64,000 nucleotides of DNA from Vulcanimicrobiales bacterium (GTDB taxonomy: Bacteria > Vulcanimicrobiota > Vulcanimicrobiia > Vulcanimicrobiales > Vulcanimicrobiaceae). The translations under genes and the position numbers were made by a program. The stretch is taken from contig JBBQQR010000004.1 of assembly GCA_038215615.1 (NCBI GenBank), positions 1-64,000 of the forward strand. Reading direction: 5' to 3'. Below the pieces are notes generated by a model, which worked only from the letters and a program-made list of their open reading frames with translations, was not told the DNA's origin and did not search any database. Below are positions 59,671 through 64,000 of the stretch, in pieces (positions within the stretch are counted from its first letter, which is position 1; each line of letters opens with the position of its first letter).

Positions 59671-61052
59671 GCCGTCAAATCCGTCTTGCGGCCGGCGTAC
59701 GTGCCGCCGCGCAGTTCGCCGCGTAGTTCGCCGAACGTTCCAAACGCTTCGGCGAACGCATCATGTTTGTGAATCGATTCGTAATTAACCTGGGAGGCAC
59801 TAATGAACGTCCCGTCGAGAAAATCTTCATACATTTCCAGCGCTCCCGCCAAAATGCCGCGCACGACATCTTCGACGAACTTCGGATTATGATGTGCCTT
59901 GTTCACCACGAAAAATTCGTCGGGCCGCTTGAGCAAATCGTACGTTTCGCTCGACATCGCGTTCTCCACGATCTCGACGAGATCTTCGACCGCAGGCATT
60001 TCTTGCGAAAGTGCGCCGATTAAAACGCTGCCGCGCCCGCGCTGGTTGTGCGTAGCGACCGGCAGCGCTTCGAGCGCGCGCCGCGCGTCGCTTTCGGAAA
60101 AGCCGGCTTCGCGCAGATCGCTAAAACTTTGCTCGCGGACCATGTCTTGCGCGCATGGGCACGCCGTCATGCCCTCAGCTTCGACTCCAATCGCGCGGCG
60201 AACACCCGCTGCATCGGCATGCGCGATGCCGGTCAGCGTATAGGTTTCCTCGCCGCGCTTTCCGCTGACCGGCGTCCACCGTTCGAGCGCAAAGTCGGCC
60301 CGCAAGCGCACGTCGGCGCGCACGGCGCGCTGCGTTCGCACGATCTCCCGCGCGATCGCTTCGACTAAACTTTCGATTCGGGCCGGCGCATCGGTCCGGG
60401 CGAGCACTTCCAGAGCCGCCTCTTCCAAAATTTCGTGAAACCGCGACATGTGCACGCCGGCTTTATCCGGCGCCAGGTCGGCGAGCATCGTAAACTCGCC
60501 GTTAAAGACTTGTTCGCGGCCCGCCACGTTCAACCGGACGATCCGGCGCACGCGGGAGACGCCGACGCGGTCGAGAGAGAGCCGCACGTCGGGAGTTGCT
60601 TCCTGCCGGTTCGCATCGAAGTGCAGCGAACGCGCGCGCCGGTGAATCCCGTTGGATTTTAGCGCGGCCACCAGGGGCGCGAATTGCGGCGCGATTTCCG
60701 CCAGCGGCACGACATTGTACGGACGCTGCGCGAGCGCGGGATGAACGTAGCCGTCGCCGGTAGAGAGCAGGTCGATGTCGATGGCCCGAGCGGCAAGTCG
60801 CCGTTTACCCGGCTGCCCGACCGCAACTTCGACGCCGCGCGCCAGTTCCTGAAAACCGTCGCGATCGAGTTGAGTCTCCAGTTCGGCGGCGACGTTCAGG
60901 AAAGGCGGGCCACCGGCGCCTTCCGCGGGGGCGCTTTCAAAAAATGACGAAACCGCCACCACGCGGCTTTTGCGCCGGAGCCGCTGCAGAGCTGCCAGAA
61001 TATTGGCCTGCCGGTCGCCGAGATTCGAGCCGATGCCGACGTGGACGCGCAC
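59643..61052 (-). CDS. Fusion of FolK (HPPK) and GTP cyclohydrolase of the MptA/FolE2 family
   Basis: N-terminal GIGSNLGDR, FLN, R.IDIDLL, HP....R. C-terminal RVGVS, GVHMSRF, TACPCA, THNQRG, LLKRPDE, NPKFVED, ESIH.H. Confidence 0.9.
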   Translation of the reverse strand: MRVHVGIGSNLGDRQANILAALQRLRRKSRVVAVSSFFESAPAEGAGGPPFLNVAAELETQLDRDGFQELARGVEVAVGQPGKRRLAARAIDIDLLSTGDGYVHPALAQRPYNVVPLAEIAPQFAPLVAALKSNGIHRRARSLHFDANRQEATPDVRLSLDRVGVSRVRRIVRLNVAGREQVFNGEFTMLADLAPDKAGVHMSRFHEILEEAALEVLARTDAPARIESLVEAIAREIVRTQRAVRADVRLRADFALERWTPVSGKRGEETYTLTGIAHADAAGVRRAIGVEAEGMTACPCAQDMVREQSFSDLREAGFSESDARRALEALPVATHNQRGRGSVLIGALSQEMPAVEDLVEIVENAMSSETYDLLKRPDEFFVVNKAHHNPKFVEDVVRGILAGALEMYEDFLDGTFISASQVNYESIHKHDAFAEAFGTFGELRGELRGGTYAGRKTDLTAWLSTRPSS

Positions 61053-61085
61053 GCAGTGGTACTTAGGGACGAGGAGAGTAATCGC

Positions 61086-61724
61086 ATGCACAACCGACGC
61101 AACGTTGCCCGGTCCGAGCGCTGGCTGTCGCTGGGGGCGGGGATTTTGCTGGGCGCCGCCGCGGCTCATCTTCTCTATCGCGCCGCGACCGGTTACTGCA
61201 CGATTTATGCCGCGCTCGGAATCGCGTCGATGCCCGACGGCGATGCGCATAATCCTAGCGCGAGCGTTCCTTACGGCACGGGCGTTCGCGTCGAGGAGTC
61301 GATCGCTATCGAGATGGCGGCGGCGGGACTCTACGCATTTTGGCGGCGTCTGGAGACGCTGCCGCAATTCATGCACCACTTGGACGACGTCACCGTGCTG
61401 ACGCCGACGCGATCGCGCTGGCGCGTGCACGGATCGGCCGGAAGGCTTCTCTCGTGGGAAGCCGAGATCATCAACGACGTGCCGGGCGAACTGATCGGGT
61501 GGCGTTCGCTGCCGGGTTCGGCTATCAATCATGCCGGATCGGTCCACTTCGATCAGCGTGGAAGCATCACCGACGTGCGCGTCGTTCTCGAATACGTACC
61601 GCTTGCACGTTTCGCCGGCGCATCGATTGCCAAACTCTTGGGTGAAGAACCGCAAAAGCAAATCGCCGAAGACTTGCGGCGCTTCAAGTCGATCGTCGAA
61701 CGCGGGGAAATCTGCGCGTCATAG
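61086..61724 (+). CDS. SRPBCC/cyclase family protein with N-terminal DUF2892-like segment
   Basis: ER.LS..AG, ATGYC..Y.ALG, YAFWR.LE.LP.FM.HL, W.AEI, IGWRS, EDLRRFK; GAGGAG RBS. Confidence 0.88.
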   Translation: MHNRRNVARSERWLSLGAGILLGAAAAHLLYRAATGYCTIYAALGIASMPDGDAHNPSASVPYGTGVRVEESIAIEMAAAGLYAFWRRLETLPQFMHHLDDVTVLTPTRSRWRVHGSAGRLLSWEAEIINDVPGELIGWRSLPGSAINHAGSVHFDQRGSITDVRVVLEYVPLARFAGASIAKLLGEEPQKQIAEDLRRFKSIVERGEICAS

Positions 61725-63355
61725 CCGGATCCGGCCCGGCGCTGCTCTTCGACTCACCGATTCACGTCTTGCGAGCCGCTTCGCCCGAAGAAGCCTGGAA
61801 CGCGCTCGACGCAGCAGATGCGGCGCTGGCAGCAGGCTATTGCATCGCCGGCTTTCTTTCCTACGAACTTGGCGTGAGCTGTCTGGGCGTTTACGATGCC
61901 CCAAAGACGTTCGACCTCGAGGCCGGATCCCCAGACTATCGCATGACGCCGCCGGTGCCGCGTATCGCGCGGCGCGGATACGACGAAGCGATCGACGCGA
62001 TCCGATCGGCCATTGCGGACGGCGAAGTGTACCAAGTGAACTATACACTTCCGTTTGATTTCGCGTTTTCGGGCGAACCGTTCGACCTATACCGCAGGCT
62101 CGCCAAACAAAGCGGAGCTCGCTACTGCGCTTATGTCGAAGACGGCGACCGTGCGCTGCTGTCGTTTTCGCCCGAGTTGTTTTTGCAGTTCGAAGGAAAC
62201 CGCGTCCTCACCAAACCGATGAAGGGCACGGCCTCTCCGGGTGCGGCCGCCGAGCTGGAGAACGCCAAAAACCGGGCAGAACATGTGATGATCGTCGATT
62301 TGCTGCGCAACGACTTGCACAAAGTCTGCAGCGATGTGACGGTCGACGAGCTCTTCTCGGTCGAAGCGTACCCCACGTTTGCGACGATGACGTCCACGAT
62401 TTCGGGAACGCTTGCGCCCGGCACGCGGCTAAGCGAGATTTTTCGCGCGACTTTTCCTTGCGGAAGCGTTACCGGCGCTCCCAAACGCGCGGCGATGACC
62501 CACATTGCGCGTTTCGAGTCGCAAACTCGCGAAGTGTACACGGGAAGCATCGGTTATCTGATACCGGAGCGGCGCGGCTGGTGGAACGTCGCCATTCGCA
62601 CGCTGCAGATCGATCGCACGCAATGCGCGGGGCGATTGGATGCCGGCGGCGGAATCGTCAGCGATTCACAGGCCGAGGAAGAATGGCGCGAAGTGTTGCT
62701 TAAGACCGCTTTCCTCAAACCTGCTCTCGGCGTTTTTGCCTGCCTCGAAACACTGCGCTGCGGACCGGAGCCCAGTGACGTACGCGCGCACGTCGAACGG
62801 TTGCGCGCGACCGCAGAACATTTCGGTATCGCTTTCGACGATACAGAATTACGATGCACCTTGGAAAAGCTCAACGTGCGCGAGGTGCCCGCGCTCGTTC
62901 GAATCCGTCTGGGGTTTGATGGAAAGGCATCGGTTGCGCCCGAGCCGCTTGCGGACCACTCGGGGCGCATCACGATCCGCGTTTCGGACGAACGCGTCTT
63001 TTCGGGCGACGCTCTGTTGAAATACAAGACGTCCTGGCGCCCCGCGCACGATGCCGCCGCAGAATTCGCCCGGCGAGCGGGATGTTTCGACGCCTTGTTG
63101 CGAAACGAACGCAACGAATTGACCGAGGGATCGCGCACCAACCTTTTCGTCCGGATTGACGGAACGCTGTACACGCCACCGCTGAGCGGCGGCGTTCTGC
63201 CCGGCATCTTGCGCAACGCTATGGTTTTGCGTGGCGAAGCCGTCGAACGCGTGCTGTATGAAAACGACCTGCGTTCCGCAGAAGCCGTTTTCGTTGGAAA
63301 CTCGGCGCGTGGGCTGCTGAAAGCTCAGCTTGCAAGCGAACGCAACCGTGTCTGA
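61721..63355 (+). CDS. pabB: Aminodeoxychorismate synthase component I fused to ADC lyase (PabB-PabC)
   Basis: GFLSYE, YQVNYT, SPELF, PMKGT, MIVDLLRND, FPCGSVTGAPK; then YKT, TEGSRTNLF, LPGILR, GNSARG. Start uncertain (ATA 61721, CTG 61712 or TTG 61769). Confidence 0.9.
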   Translation: MAGSGPALLFDSPIHVLRAASPEEAWNALDAADAALAAGYCIAGFLSYELGVSCLGVYDAPKTFDLEAGSPDYRMTPPVPRIARRGYDEAIDAIRSAIADGEVYQVNYTLPFDFAFSGEPFDLYRRLAKQSGARYCAYVEDGDRALLSFSPELFLQFEGNRVLTKPMKGTASPGAAAELENAKNRAEHVMIVDLLRNDLHKVCSDVTVDELFSVEAYPTFATMTSTISGTLAPGTRLSEIFRATFPCGSVTGAPKRAAMTHIARFESQTREVYTGSIGYLIPERRGWWNVAIRTLQIDRTQCAGRLDAGGGIVSDSQAEEEWREVLLKTAFLKPALGVFACLETLRCGPEPSDVRAHVERLRATAEHFGIAFDDTELRCTLEKLNVREVPALVRIRLGFDGKASVAPEPLADHSGRITIRVSDERVFSGDALLKYKTSWRPAHDAAAEFARRAGCFDALLRNERNELTEGSRTNLFVRIDGTLYTPPLSGGVLPGILRNAMVLRGEAVERVLYENDLRSAEAVFVGNSARGLLKAQLASERNRV

Positions 63356-64000
63356 CGGCTCCCTGTATCCCTACGTTCTCCGGCCCAAACTCGCTCCGGC
63401 GATTTGGGGCGGCAGCGATTTGGTCAAAGAGTTCGGCAAAGACGGCGCCGCCGGAGTAAAGATCGGCGAAAGCTGGGAGTGCTGGGACGAAAACACCGTA
63501 ACGAACGGGCCGCTCGCGGGGCAAACCGTCGCGCAATTACGCGCATCGCTGGGCGCCAAACTGATGGCATCGATCGATCCGAACCGCATTTTTCCCATCC
63601 TCACGAAAATTATCGACGCCTGCGACTCACTCTCGGTGCAGGTGCATCCCGACGATGCGTACGCACAGCGAGTGGAGCATCAGCCCAACGGCAAGACCGA
63701 ATGCTGGTACGTCCTGCAGGCCAAACCGGGCGCGGAACTCGTGATGGGCTGGACGCGCGACACGACGCGTGAAGAGTACGAGCGGCGGGTTGCCGACGGA
63801 TCGCTCGGAGAGATTTTGCGCCGCGTGCCGATCGAGGCGGGCGACGCGTTTTACATCCCCGCCGGCACGCTGCACGCCATTGGCGCGGGCATCGTGATCT
63901 TCGAAACGCAGCAGGCCAGCGATCTCACCTATCGCATCTTCGATTGGAACCGCATAGGACCCGACGGCAAGCCGCGCGAGCTGCACGTGCAAAAAGCCGG
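63348..64000 (+). CDS. manA: Type I mannose-6-phosphate isomerase (3' end outside window)
   Basis: Not in the ORF track. GTG 63348, WGG, GESWE, FPILTK.IDA..LSVQVHP, GKTECWY, GTLHAIG, ETQQASD.TYR. Confidence 0.92.
   Translation, partial: MSDGSLYPYVLRPKLAPAIWGGSDLVKEFGKDGAAGVKIGESWECWDENTVTNGPLAGQTVAQLRASLGAKLMASIDPNRIFPILTKIIDACDSLSVQVHPDDAYAQRVEHQPNGKTECWYVLQAKPGAELVMGWTRDTTREEYERRVADGSLGEILRRVPIEAGDAFYIPAGTLHAIGAGIVIFETQQASDLTYRIFDWNRIGPDGKPRELHVQKA

Noticed and set aside
61053..61661. Long N-terminal extension of the FolK-MptA ORF (672 aa in the track)
   Set aside because: It is the antisense shadow of the SRPBCC gene; FolK similarity begins at GTG 61052.

Overview
GC-rich, gene-dense bacterial chromosomal window with about 65 CDS and no rRNA, tRNA, CRISPR array, transposase or integrase that I could see. 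The organism looks like a diderm Terrabacteria member, plausibly Candidatus Eremiobacterota; this is an inference from the TonB receptor, Gram-positive-type GAAC-N4-GTTC LexA boxes and a copper-amine-oxidase-N-domain protein. Housekeeping content: BtuBCD-like uptake, glnA, pmm-nagA, livKHMGF, cysK-asparaginase-metH, hemL, dprA, mrp, folate genes and manA. Most notable: (1) a palindromic repeat family inserted in frame, in the same reading frame, into the adjacent lhr helicase and metallophosphoesterase genes, with a third copy at the start of an alkA-like gene; (2) a compact aryl-CoA epoxidase cluster with a short BoxB-like protein, a half-length BoxC-like crotonase, ALDH, thiolase and PaaH-like dehydrogenase but no BoxA; (3) a DUF3494 ice-binding lipoprotein abutting a stalk-domain/beta-barrel protein, next to STAS and Crp regulators; (4) a FolK-MptA/FolE2 fusion; (5) an unannotated 56-aa protamine-like gene; (6) apparent ATT, ATA and CTG start codons; (7) deleted or scrambled pseudogenes (higA, hicA, GH47). 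All family calls come from recognising motifs by eye; no database searches were run.
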